Positions 45,778 to 57,864 of a stretch of DNA of 64,000 bases are shown in pieces. Source of the stretch: Schizochytrium sp. TIO01 (taxonomy: Eukaryota; Protista; Bigyra: Labyrinthulomycetes). The position numbers were made by a program, and so were the translations under genes. The notes under the pieces are model-generated. The model ran no database searches, was not told the DNA's origin, and worked only from the letters and a program-made list of their open reading frames with translations. The stretch is taken from the NCBI GenBank assembly GCA_004764695.1, contig SMSO01000034.1:2728001-2792000 (forward strand), read 5' to 3'. Positions within the stretch are counted from its first letter, which is position 1, and every line of letters starts with the position of its first letter.

Positions 45778-46839
45778 ATGGACGATGCGGAGAAGAAGCG
45801 CCGCGAGGTACAGCGGCAGACTCGCGAGTACGTGCTCAAGCTGCGAGCTGATGGCACGGACCCTAAGGCGATCAAACGCTTGACTCGAGAATTCAAGCAC
45901 AAGCAGAACAAACGCAAGGCTCCGGATGATGTTGAGGGAGAGACCTCACGCGAGCGCAAGTCTCGCAAGTGGCGTGAGAAGGTTTTCGGAGAGAGGCCCA
46001 AGGGAGCCCCATCGCAGTTTGGAAACGACAGAAGAAACAATTTCAACAATATGCAGAACAAGCCATGGATGAGCGAAGACGATGCCAAGAACCAGAAGCG
46101 AGAAGATGCTGCCCGCAAGCATGATGTGGTTATCATTCCCATCTTTTGGAAACGCAACGAAGAGGAGGCCGAAATGGTTAAGGAGTCCGCCCAGAAGCTC
46201 AAGGATCTTCTCATGAAACACCGCATCAACGCTTGGATTGACCAGAGATCGAGTCTTCTTCCTGGCCAAAAGTACGAATACTGGGAGTCTATGGGTGTGG
46301 ATCTGCGTATGGAGTTGGGCCCTTCTGAAGCACGTTCTCAGACCATCTGTCTCAGCAAGGCTCGTTCTGCAGACCGTTCTCAGCTCGCACAGCGGTGGAA
46401 GGATATGCCAACGAATTCCCCAGAAGCGCTACACAAGATCTTCGATATTCTGCGCGAAAACGGCCTCAAGTGGCTCAAGCAGTACAAGCACGAAGGATGC
46501 CACTCGTGCGAGGAGCTAGAGAGGGAGCGTGGATTTGATCCTGCAGATGGCAGCGGAGCTCCGGTCCCGCGCCGCTCAGAACCCATCACTCGCGAGAGGC
46601 GCACGCTTCCCAAGGAGCCCCTGGGTCAGCACAAGAAGTTTGATGACGGCGACGAAGACGAGGACAGTGACAACGAAAAGTCCAAACCCAAGAGAGCCAA
46701 GAGCAGCCACAATCAAGAAGCCGAGGACAAGGGAGATCAAGATATGGAGTCCAAGAAGTCCAAGAAGACCCCCAGCAAGAGCAAGAAACCCAAGCACGCG
46801 AGCGGAGACAGCCTTGAGGGTAACTATGCATTAGATTAA
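45778..46839 (+). CDS. Protein with a stand-alone prolyl-tRNA-synthetase-type anticodon-binding domain, flanked by K/R-rich and K/D/E-rich tails (353 aa)
   Basis: ATG in GCCATGG context at 45778. DVVIIPI...LKDLL...INAWIDQRSSLLPGQKYEYWESMGVDLRMELGPSE matches the eukaryote/archaeal-type ProRS anticodon domain pattern (QVVIVPI...DxR...PGWKFNxWELKGVPLRxExGP). Strong C/G-ending codon bias supports coding status. Confidence 0.85.
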   Translation: MDDAEKKRREVQRQTREYVLKLRADGTDPKAIKRLTREFKHKQNKRKAPDDVEGETSRERKSRKWREKVFGERPKGAPSQFGNDRRNNFNNMQNKPWMSEDDAKNQKREDAARKHDVVIIPIFWKRNEEEAEMVKESAQKLKDLLMKHRINAWIDQRSSLLPGQKYEYWESMGVDLRMELGPSEARSQTICLSKARSADRSQLAQRWKDMPTNSPEALHKIFDILRENGLKWLKQYKHEGCHSCEELERERGFDPADGSGAPVPRRSEPITRERRTLPKEPLGQHKKFDDGDEDEDSDNEKSKPKRAKSSHNQEAEDKGDQDMESKKSKKTPSKSKKPKHASGDSLEGNYALD

Positions 46840-46894
46840 GCTCGAACTCAGTTGTCAAGCGATGCTAGGCTATTATAAGTTAAGTAGAAGCTAG

Positions 46895-47818
46895 CTAGGC
46901 TGATGATGGCGGCTCGAGGTTGAAGAACAGCGAAAGGCCAAGGCGCGCCATGTTGATATTAAGCACCGTGAATAGAACGTAAATAACGGCCAGAATTGCG
47001 ACCGGATACAACATGCTTGTGACGAGTTTCTTGTCGAGAAATGGCAAATACATGTAGCCCAAAAAAGACACGTAATGGTAGTAAGAAAATGCGAGCGTAT
47101 ACAGAGTGTTGGCGGCAAGAGTAGAGAGAATATTGGGACGGAGGAGCATTGGCGCAAGGCAAAACTGGAGTACATAAAGCGCCAATGTCATTGGGAAATA
47201 AGCGTTGCAGTGAATGTCGAATGCATACATCCATTCCACCTCTTGATCCACACTGTGGGAATGACGTGCCCGAAAGCGCGCATTAGCCAATCGCCAGCAA
47301 AACGTTGCAATGACAAAACCCGAGCCAAGGAAAATTGCCAGCTGGGTAGCAACGAGGCTTACAATGCTCGCCAGGGAGTTGCGTCCATAAACAAATCCAT
47401 AAGCAATCGAAGAAACGGTAATGAGTGCGCATAGAATCACTAAGAAGGCAGGGTCATCCCTCGCCCATCGATTTTTTGTTTGGTTTCTCCACGACGTAAT
47501 CTTGTACACCTTGCTTGGACTACGCAGAAGAAGTTTCATTTGCGTAAGTGTGTAGTCAAAGTCCATTTGAGGGTAGTAAACTACTCTTCGTAGGTACTTG
47601 AGCAGCGAAAATTGTGATCCATGGTTATATCCGAATGCGTCATCCGAGTAGTACGAGGCAGTTGACCTCCTGTGCAAGCTGGAGACTGATGAAACACCAC
47701 TGCTGACATTTGGGCGACCTTTAGCTGTGTTATTTGCCCCAGGAGGTCCAGAAAATCCTGCACCACGAGCATTTGCCCCGCCTCGGCCTCCTACGTTTGA
47801 AGCATGAAGAGGAAGCAT
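46895..47818 (-). CDS. UNC50: UNC-50/Gmh1 family Golgi membrane protein
   Basis: MLP start, YLRR...QMDFDY, QTKNRWARDDPAF, VEWMYAFDIHCNAYFP, FLGYMYLPFL. First ATG is at 47818; the ORF track start is a TTG. Confidence 0.95.
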   Translation of the reverse strand: MLPLHASNVGGRGGANARGAGFSGPPGANNTAKGRPNVSSGVSSVSSLHRRSTASYYSDDAFGYNHGSQFSLLKYLRRVVYYPQMDFDYTLTQMKLLLRSPSKVYKITSWRNQTKNRWARDDPAFLVILCALITVSSIAYGFVYGRNSLASIVSLVATQLAIFLGSGFVIATFCWRLANARFRARHSHSVDQEVEWMYAFDIHCNAYFPMTLALYVLQFCLAPMLLRPNILSTLAANTLYTLAFSYYHYVSFLGYMYLPFLDKKLVTSMLYPVAILAVIYVLFTVLNINMARLGLSLFFNLEPPSSA

Positions 47819-50800
47819 TTGCAAAGTTTGTAGCGATTTAAGAAGAGAGGGGAAAGGGGCGAAGAGAGAAGAGTTGAGTCGCAAACTTGGAACGTTAAAT
47901 GAGAGTAATTTTCCAAATGAAACTCAGGCACCAACAGAGTCAATAATGAGACGTTGTTTCTTGACGAAAAGGACCAGAAAGTAAGCAGATAAAGGATAAG
48001 AAGAAGGAGCCCAAGCTTGCCTTTTCAGGTGTCTCTTCACCTAGGTCAGAGAGAGCAAGCTTCAGATCTTTGTGTTTTACGCACTTACTTGCGCCCAGCT
48101 GTCAAGCTAGTAACAAGGGAAGAAAAGGTACGAATAGACAGAGCGTTGAAGAAGGTCGTATTTTGGAAATCTCTACACTGTCCTCTTGACTGTCCTCAGT
48201 GGACGTCTCCGTTACTACTGCACGCTTATGAGGAGGGGTAGGAAAAATCGCACAATGTTGATGTAGGTAGCCAGCCACCTTGGATTGTTTATCTCTTTGC
48301 ACGCTCCGCAGCGTCAATGGAAATGTTCTCGCAAGCTAAGTAGTTGTCTCAAAAACAGAAAGAAAGCACTCAGCTCTGTTTCTTATGCTTTATATATAAT
48401 AAGTATCTACTTCGACAGTAGGTAGGTGAGTACTAAACCAAACTATTACTTCATCCTCATTAGGATTATTTATTCAACCATTTATAGGCATATACACAGA
48501 GATACCGCCTCTCTTTGAGAATGAAAGCACTATTGTGGACTAATGTATTACTAGTACTGCTAATGTCTTCAATGTCGGCTTGATTAGCGATGAGCTGGAG
48601 GAACTTTCGGAACATCGACAACGCAATGATGTGGGATATTTCTCCCAAATGTAGAGTTTGCACTTGCCAGGTGAAGAGCTTATGTGCGCTATAGAATCAC
48701 GCCGAGGTTGTGCCGCAACAATAATAATGTGAAACTATAGATGTAATAACTCTCTTCTTGAATGCTATAACACAAACGAGCAAGGTGAAAAGACGGAGCT
48801 GTCAGTTGAAAGGAAATTCAACATTTCAGTAAGCTTGGAGACTCATTCACTGAGAAAAATATATGTGACAGAATAATGATGAATATCTTCTCTACTCTAG
48901 AGCTACGTTGCCAATGGATCATTGTCATTATTATAGAGTTTTATGTCAGACTAGCAGAGATATGTCACTAAATTTTACACCTAGCTATATTCGTTTCATG
49001 AAGTATCTTCGGTGTAAATCCATATTTTCAAAATTGAATCATGATGTAGCAATTTGAAAAGAGGTACACCGACGCCAAATATGAAATTCAAGAGCTTTGG
49101 GTACGTACAATAAGGGCCCTGCTGAGATAAAAGACAGTACTGGAGTGAAGAATGAAATCAGTAGCCGGAGCAACAATCTTTTTGCATGGTGAAAAATCCG
49201 AGCAAAATCAAGCTGCAATACTTTAATTGTTTACACTTCTACGATAAGCTTCCACGCTGTTCGAGACGAATGTTTTAAAAATGGAAAAGGCAGTTCATAG
49301 GAACATGTAAATATTTGCTCAGAATTATTCGTTGTGCGGACCTAACACAGGAGTTTCAGCGGTTGGCAATGAAGATTTTCTGAATTCCCTCTTCCCTCCT
49401 CCCTCCCCTCATCAAATTCTACTAATCGTAGTTCTACTTTGCTATCTAGTTTAGTATAGATGCCAATTCCATAGGTGAAAGACTATGAATGTTAATGAAA
49501 AGAACAGTTTTGAACCTTACTTAATATGAGTTATCTCTGTTGCAACTGACGAAAACGTTAGTGAGTAGAAGAAGATAAAGAACTTCGCGATTCCCCGACT
49601 CATCTATAATTTTCCTTGCTTCAGGATACAGGCGGATCAGGCTAAGCAAGGTACAGTCGGTACGGACGATCAAAAATACTTTTACAACACCAAACTTGTG
49701 AAGATATCTAATCGCTCAAGCATTTATTATGCGTCTCAAAGAAAGAGAAGCGCTTTGAAGAGACCTATTGGGGGACATACGAGTAAATTGTTGCAAACAT
49801 GCACCATATTATTCTCACCATCTAGCACAACATAGACATTCAAATAGCAAGGATAACCAAACAACCTCTGAATTATGTTATTGTATCATTGTAGTTTTGG
49901 TCCTTGAAGAGGATGCGACTTTTAATAACTTGGCACCACGCGTTCTATTGATTTTCGATGGTGGTATCAATCACCAGCCTACCACAGGTAAAACAAAGGA
50001 ATTGCACATCATAAAGCTCAAAACATTTACTATTCATTTCATGATAAAGCGAAGGAAATGTACATTTTAAACTCTTAGACGTTTGGCATTCACTTTAGAA
50101 TAGGTACAACACAAATATATTCTAAGTTTAGGTAAAGGATGAAAGGCTTAATGAAATAAGACATGTCTTTTATCTATCGCTGTGACAACTCCGAAATAAA
50201 GTCTGATTTAGTATGAGTATGCTTTGGAAGAAGGAGTATCAGTCCATTGTGCAAATTCCGATCTATGTAATTACCATGTGACTTTAAAAGTGCTGCAAAC
50301 ATGAACTCACAACGAGCTGCTACTCTCAGGTAGCACAGCAGCTATAAAATAAAAACATCGTTAACGAAGTTTGGTCCCGTTTTAATGTTGTGATTGCCCC
50401 CCTTATACGACAGTCTATCATACAGAGACTACCTATCCATAGCAAAATAACCCTATCATTCTGTTGTTCTCTTCCATATCCTTCAAAACAACTTCTGAAA
50501 CCAAGTTTGAATTAAACTAAAAAAATGAACTTTCTATTTAAAGATAAAAGATCTTAATTAAAAGAGAAAGAACAGCTTGAAAAGAGAACGTATTTTAGGA
50601 AACATTAAAAAGTAAATAAAATGAAAAAAAGAGGACATTAGGAAAAAGAAAAAGAACATTGCTCAGATTGCTTAGGATTCTAAAATTTTAAAAATTACAT
50701 CATTCCTTTAAAACATGATCAAGAAATCTTACATAAACTGGGAGGAGAAACTCTAAGCATTCCAGTACATTATCTATTTTAGATAATCAATCAATCGATC

Positions 50801-53800
50801 AATCAACTAAGCAAGGGGAGAGAAAAATATTATAATTAACCTCTCAACAACAAGTTTAACTGCCCTCCTTTTTATGAACTCAGTTCACTTTTGGCAAGTA
50901 GTACAAAAGAACATCCCCAAATGATTTCAAAGTACCGCCAAACGCACCAAGCTACAAGACTGAGGAATTTCTACCTCGCACTTTCACATCGACCGGTTCT
51001 TGAAGGACCATGGTCGCTCGAATGCGCTTTTCTACTCTGTACTTTAAGCATAGTTTTGGATTTGCTGATGTTGCTTAATTCTTATTAAAACAGATAAATT
51101 TGGGAATTTCAATATTGATAGTGCCATGCCCCCTCATTAAACTTTATACGAAATGCATTTTCAAGTGCTGCTCAGAATTATCCATGTTTACTAATATTGC
51201 AACGGTCTTAAGCAGCCAAAGGGGTAGGTATATGGAAGGGCAAAAGCCCTATACCACCTCTTTCAATTGTTTAATTCGAAAAGGAGAAGCCGAAGAAGAA
51301 GACTAAATGTTCTTGGTTCTCTATCATATTAGACAGAGTGAGAAGAGACTGAAGAGGTTATGATTTCGTTCTGAAAAATAAAGGACAGAAGAAAACAAAA
51401 ATCCGATAAAGAAATGGAAGGCAACTATTTAAATAGAATATTAGGTGTGACTCACCTTCATCGACGAATCGCGGTGCTCCACAGCTCCAAAGAGAACGCT
51501 TAAAAAATATCCAAACGACAAAGCTAGGGACGGGGGGAATTTAGTCTGATACTTTGACTTGGCTACCTACTTACCCAGGTACCTACTTGAAGCTCAAGCC
51601 AAAGCAATCACTCATGTTCTCATGTGAGAATTCTAAATTCTACTACCAATCCTTGGGAAAGTAGGTCTCTAAAGCTACCTAGCGTACGTGTTATGACTTG
51701 TCAAAGAAACCAAAATGCCGAGTAGCCATTATCACCATGAGTTTATCTGTATCTAAGCTTTTCTAGGACATATGCTTTCGAATAGGTGTTCTTTCTGTTG
51801 AGCGTTATGCCATGGTTGTAGAGTTAACTAGCTCTAGCTTGGTGTATTCTACGTCGATCACTCCTGTCACCAACCAGCCTTTTACCCAGAGCCTGTGGCA
51901 GTTAGTACCTAGGAAGTTCAACATTTACTTTGAACAGTTGAAGAGTAAACAATTTCGAAATTATAGACCGTGATAAAGAACAGTGCTATACCTAGCTAGG
52001 TAAGCAAACCTTACAATGATGGTAAATACTTACCATTTATTTAGTATTAAGTTGGTAATTGGGTGGCAGGCGATGATGATGACGAGTTGGAGGTTTGCCA
52101 CTCATTCTTTCGTGCAAGCGTCCTCTTATTCCCTGCTGACCAGTTTGGCGGCCTATGCCATTCATCCATTGGATACCCAAATTTAGATATGACATTGCTT
52201 GATCTGAGTGCTGTATACGACTCTTCGTATCTCATGTGACTTGGGAATATCATGGTGTTGGGAGCCACGGCATTTCGAGGTCCGGCTAGAAGTAAACAAA
52301 ATTTCAACTCGAGGCTAGGTACCTAGAAGTCATCCTCATCTCGAAAGAAAGGTCACTATAGATCCGTCTGGTTGGACCGATCAATCTTTGCTTTCTTTTA
52401 GACATTTAGCGTATTTCATTTCATGTTCGAAGTACTCAATGTGAACGCAAGTTGTTTTATTCATAAAAGTGAAGTTATTCAGGCTAACCCAAAAAAACAA
52501 AAACACTTGAAATAAATATAAAATAAGCAATAAACAACGTTGAAGAAAAACACAAAGGCAGTGGGAATAGTATGGCTCGAGCCTAGTATAGTATTATTAG
52601 TATTAGTAGCAGCCTAGGCCCGAAACTAGTCAATATGTGGCACCCAAGAACCTGAGACCTCTAAGCAGGTGTTAGGTACTAGTATGCCACTACAGTAATA
52701 ATTACATCTAAAATTCCCGGTGCTCAGAGGTCGGTTGAACTATATGATTGGAAGGGAGGATTCCCAGTAAGAAGTCGGATTAGTTAGGAGGTGCCTATGC
52801 CTATTAGTAGGAGGTAGAGTGTTCAAAGAGCTTCTTCGTCACCATCGTTCCAGTCAGAACTTCGTACAGACAGAGAAAAGCAGTGCCTGCCTTAGGTTGT
52901 GTAGAAACAGCGAAAGAGGAGATTGGTCCACAGAGGATTGTATCTGAAAGGAACAAACACGATATTGCATGCTCTCAAAGTTGGAGTAAATGGCGTGAGT
53001 TTGGAGTTCACTTCTCTTTTGATCTTTCTTGAGTAAAAGTTCGAGTGGAATACTCCGATCCGAATTGGAGCTATAGCCGTCAATAAGTAAGAAAGGTAAG
53101 GGCAGAGAAGTGGAGAGATAAGGGAAAAAAGAGTGGAGTGAGTGCACACCTGAGAGACCTCAAAAGGCTCACTGACCTTTCGGAGGACTCGGAGGAGTCA
53201 CAAGGCCCGCCAATTTGATTTGATGATGACGATGATGATCTGAGGGAGGTATGACTGGGAGCTGTGTCGATCACTTTTGAAGACTTGGATTGCTGTCAAT
53301 CGCCTGCTTAGGTTGTCCTCTTTTGGAGTGGTGAAGCGGCTCCAGGGAAATCCAAAGCGCTTTGCTATTGTTCTGGTTCATTCTGGGCAATTACTTGATG
53401 CTAGGTGATTCTCAGCTTAATTAATTAAAAAAAGTAAGGAAAATGGTTCGGAGCTCGTTTTTGAGGAAAGCAGAGCAAAGAAGAAAGAATGAGAAAAGAG
53501 AGAGAAGAAAGGAAAAGGACGAAGATGGTGCATGATGCACAACACTTTCATCAAACTAACTAATTCTTTCCACAAAGTGCCACAATAACAGGACAATACA
53601 ACACGTCACCAACGATCATCATTGATCGCTCAGCCATGCCATTCGCCGCCTTACTTTGATTCAAGGTGGCCAGACTCAGCATGGGGAGTTGCTGGCTAGG
53701 AGTTGGAGCAGTTTCTTTCAAAGCTAAGCCAGATTGACTGACTTGCGTTACTTTCCTCGTCTACTCTTCCTTATAAAATAATAAACTCTATGAAATGCTT

Positions 53801-56683
53801 CTGTGCTGCGTCCGCGCTTTCTTGGTTTCTAAGCTGGACGCAGGGGGTTGAGTCGCGAAATATTTATGAAAAGATTGTATTGGAGTCAGATATTATGAAA
53901 TGCAGCATCATCTCTCTCATTCTCTCTGATCTATCTATTGGATGCCGAGGTTCAACAACATAGGGAATTGTGTGCCAAAACAAAGAAATAAAGTTATTTT
54001 CTAGTCTACTACGGAACCTTGGTAAGGCTAATGTCAAGGTTGGTCAACTTCAGAGCGGTAAATTTGCACATTAGGTACCACTACTACACACACAATGCCT
54101 TCCTCTGACCAAGAAAATCCAGGCGAGCAGGGGCGGGTAAAGTCTGCCAGAGAAGACTTCGCTCTGAGGTTCCAAACTATCACGAGGAAAAAGTTCACAT
54201 ACCAGCTCATTCGACAGAGAAAACTACAATTCTAAAGAGCAACTCTACAAATAAATTTAGAGCGAGAACGGATACTCCATGCAACTTGAGAAAGGAGCAA
54301 AGTAATCTAACCCGCACGGGGGCCGACGTACCTTAGCGATCAGTTCTTGGCAGCATCGAGGTCGTTCCACAATTATGTCAGACAGAGGGAATAAAAAGAA
54401 AAGTCAAATTGAACTTGGTCTTTTTTCTTTCTTGCGAGCTGGCCAATCTGAACTCCTCCAAGAATATTGCAGCACATTGAACATAGAGACTTATCGAATC
54501 TGTCCTAGGTGTGGTCGCGGGAGTTTTCTCAGGAGTTCAAGAAGAACTCAATTCGAAGCGAAGTTGGACAATTTTTAGAGGGAGTCGTCGCTGTTTTATC
54601 TGGGCAGATAGGTAGCTATAGTAGTTAGCTCGCTAGTAGCTAGGTAGTGAGAGCAAAGCAAGCAGTGAGTCGACGGCGTGAGGGAACAAAAAGACTTATG
54701 AACGTGCAATATAGCAAAACGATGGGCAGGCAGATAGCCTGAGGTGAAGATTACACGCCCGAATGGTCAGAAAGATGAGAGGTTGTGGCTAGGTGGGTAC
54801 TACCTGCCCAAGAAAAATGTAGATTTCGAGTGTCCTGCCCCAGACCATGCAATTGAGCTTGGATCTGGTCAGTTCTAACAGAGAATTTGACTTCTCCATG
54901 CGCGTGAAACCTCAAGAGTAAGACGTGTGCGTGCTCTTTATTGCCAAGTATGGTGGCTGCCTTGATGAGTGGAATCAAGTTCAACGATAAGCAGCTGCCG
55001 CGTGCTTTCTTCCCGGGTCTTAATGTGCGTAGGCAGATTTTTAATAGGAAAGTCTTAGGCAGGCAAGATTAGCAGGCGTGCTCAATCTACCATGAGTCAG
55101 CTGATTCTCGAGGAAGCGTCGTCGTCCGCACTAAGTGCTCCTTCGCGGAAAACGTGAGAGAGACTCACGAACCGTGAAATTAATACGTCGCCAAAGAATC
55201 ATACCTACCTACCTAGGTACGGTGATGCTTGGAGTACCACGCGATAGCTAAGTCTAGAGGAAAGGATGATAGATAGGTATGCGAGCCTCGCTCCATTATT
55301 GCGGCTTCTTTGGCGCCATTAGTATGTGGAGATGGAGGAGACCTGTATCTATTAGTGCATTCATGAGATGCAGAGATTTTCTTACTCTGGTGTTTGCTAA
55401 TGCTAAAGAAGTTGGAGCGTCATCATAAAACAGCAGTGGGCAGGTGCCTACCTGCAAAACTTTGCATGCTCGTCGAGCTTGCTTTTGTAAATCAATAGAT
55501 GTCGTATCGACTCAAGTTTGAAGGTAGATTCCTAGTGCTGCATTTCTGAAAATTGAAATGGAAAAGCTTTAGCCTAAGCATTGGCAATAGAAGCGAGGAA
55601 GTTGGTGTGCACTGTTAGCTTGCTGCATGAAGGCAGACACACAAACACGAGTTTTATCCTGACTGCAATAGATGTTTCAAGTGATCACTAGAAAAGACAG
55701 TACGACGCCTATAACTGGACTGATTCAAAGAGGGCTCCTTCGCGAAATACGTTGGCTGCAAGACTGACTGGATCGACTGGTTCTTCACCTGAACACGAGA
55801 GATTTACAAACTCCATTATAAAGATTTCTTAATTTCGTCTTCTTTTTGTTACTATTACTTTACATATAGGTATTCAGATTAAAAAAGGGAGGTAAAAAGG
55901 GAGAAAAAGAAGAAGAACTGATAACGAAATAAAAGGCTGTCATGATTTGTCTAGCAAAGGTATTCAGCTATTGAACCTTGCTAATTTAAATGACCGGCCG
56001 CGAAGGTGGTTAGTAAGACTCCGATGTCAGCTTGAAAACACATCATAGGCCTTGGTCCTAAATCTATTTTTCTTTACACTACGACCTCCTCTACCAGTAC
56101 TTAGGCAGACATGTATGATAAGTGGAGACAGAAGCAGCGTGTACTGAGCATGGTCTAGAGGTTGGTTACATCGGTCACAGATCACGCAGGATGGTGAAAC
56201 AAGATGAAGGGGGAGGGCATGGCAAGCGAGCTCTAAGCATTGTGTGCTACGACAGTAAGGAAGAAAGATAGAGTTCATATGGAAACAAAATGTTTGTGAA
56301 TTAGAATAAAAATATAGAAAGTAATGTAAGGTGGAAATCGTTCGTCTAATAATTTGGTTTGATATTTCTTTTCTAGCTCGGCTATAGGTATGTCTAGAGA
56401 AATGAATTAAGTAAAAAAAGACGACGGATGGATACACAGGGTTGCTTCAGGAGAAGCCTATGTGTGCCCTGTCTCTCCACTTCGATTAAAGCGTAAAGAA
56501 TTGTTTGATTGGGAGCAGTTGTGCTAGATTACGTGCGTATAAGAGCCCCAATTAAAATGTCACGGGTTTAAGGCTTCCCCGGATAAAGGCGTGGCGGTTT
56601 GTGTTGGTCAAAGGAAAGTAGTATTACGGTTCAAGGTATATGAGGCGACTGCCTGGCAGGCAAGTCATCTGCTGATTCACTGC

Positions 56684-57172
56684 TTAGTGCACAGCAAGCT
56701 CTTGGCGAGTAGCGTTGTTCTCACGCTTCCATGTGAGCTCCTCGTCGCTGAGTTTGTATACAAAGACCTTAACACGCTGGTTAAACTGCACAGAACGAGA
56801 CTCCTCCTTAGACTCAGAAGCAGTCTCCTGGGGTACCTCCACCGCCGGGGCAAACTTTACGCTAGGGCGCTCCTTCTTCTGTTGTGGCTGCTTCTCCGGA
56901 GAAGCAGCAGGTGCAACAGGGGCCACGTCCACCTTTGCCTGCATAGGCTTGTTGTTGTTGTTGTTGTTGTTGTTCTCCTGGGGCACAGTCTTGGCGTGTA
57001 CGCTCTTGTTGTTCTCCTCGACGTCAGGCACGCATTTGGTGGAGGGTGCGGGACTGGAGGAGAGCGGGCGCTTGTGGCCAAGCTTGTGCAGACGGATCTT
57101 GTGCATGAGCTTGTTCATGGATCCTCCGTGGTATGCGTGAGTCGCACTCCGTCTAGAGCACTGGGTCAACAT
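56684..57172 (-). CDS. Small disordered protein with tandem RVxF-type motifs (candidate PP1-interacting protein)
   Basis: 162-aa ORF in a GC-rich island with biased codons (AAG/GAG/AAC) and a poly-Asn run. Motifs RPSVKF and RSVQFNQRVKVF. A pyrimidine tract plus AG (TTTTCTTATCGTTTAG|G ATG) lies directly before the ATG, so an upstream exon is possible. Confidence 0.65.
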   Translation of the reverse strand: MLTQCSRRSATHAYHGGSMNKLMHKIRLHKLGHKRPLSSSPAPSTKCVPDVEENNKSVHAKTVPQENNNNNNNNKPMQAKVDVAPVAPAASPEKQPQQKKERPSVKFAPAVEVPQETASESKEESRSVQFNQRVKVFVYKLSDEELTWKRENNATRQELAVH

Positions 57173-57795
57173 CCTAAACGATAAGAAAAGAGTTTGGGTT
57201 TTGCTGCTCTCGCTCTAAGTAAAAGGCAACCGCTGCTAGATGGTTCTGCTCGACGCAAAACCTCAGCAAACTGCGTCCTACGTTGGTTATGCACTGGCAA
57301 GTAAGTTTGAGTTAGCAAACACGTCTGGAGTGGCTTCGTTGGCTTTGTTGATGGTCCTGATGATAGCTTGAGTGTCGATTGAGTTATTTCTTCTATCGCT
57401 GCGCCTCGCGGCAACTTGAAGGCTTTGGACTCGAGTTGAGGGTTTGCTGGCCTCCCGGCCTCGGTGATGCCACCCCTCACTTAATTACATTACTTTTACT
57501 TATTCCGTATAGTGTTTAAAAGAATAATATGTTCAGTAGTCTACTTGTCTTATTTTGAAATTTAGAAAAAAACATTTTATTGAATTAAAAAAAAACTAGG
57601 CCTACATAATTTGATTAAAAAAAGTGTTTACGGATTCCTGGTTTCCCTCTTTCCGTCTAATGCCTCGTGTCGCTGCGTTGAAAAGTTAGGTGCTCAGTTA
57701 GGCATTGCAAAAGTTATCAAAAGATATATAACCTTCGATCAATCATGCTCACCATAGTATGATCCCCAAAAGACGAGTCGCCCTATCAACTCCTG

Positions 57796-57855
<60 letters not shown>

Positions 57856-57864
57856 GCTTGCTTG
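57796..57864. repeat. (TTGC)n microsatellite
   Basis: Directly visible, with two 1-nt slips. Confidence 0.9.

Noticed and set aside
45606-46229. 207-aa minus-strand ORF and other overlapping ORFs at 45.9-46.9 kb
   Set aside because: Shadows of the GC-rich, codon-biased anticodon-domain gene.
14537-47818. Apparent secretory/trafficking gene cluster (ALG13, PAT, ADAM, VPS41, UNC50)
   Set aside because: Mixed orientations, unrelated genes interspersed, and a very common functional class. Nothing in the sequence shows co-regulation.
56591-57184. 197-aa and 141-aa plus-strand ORFs
   Set aside because: Antisense to the RVxF ORF. Their poly-Val/Leu runs come from the (AAC)n repeat, and their starts are non-ATG.
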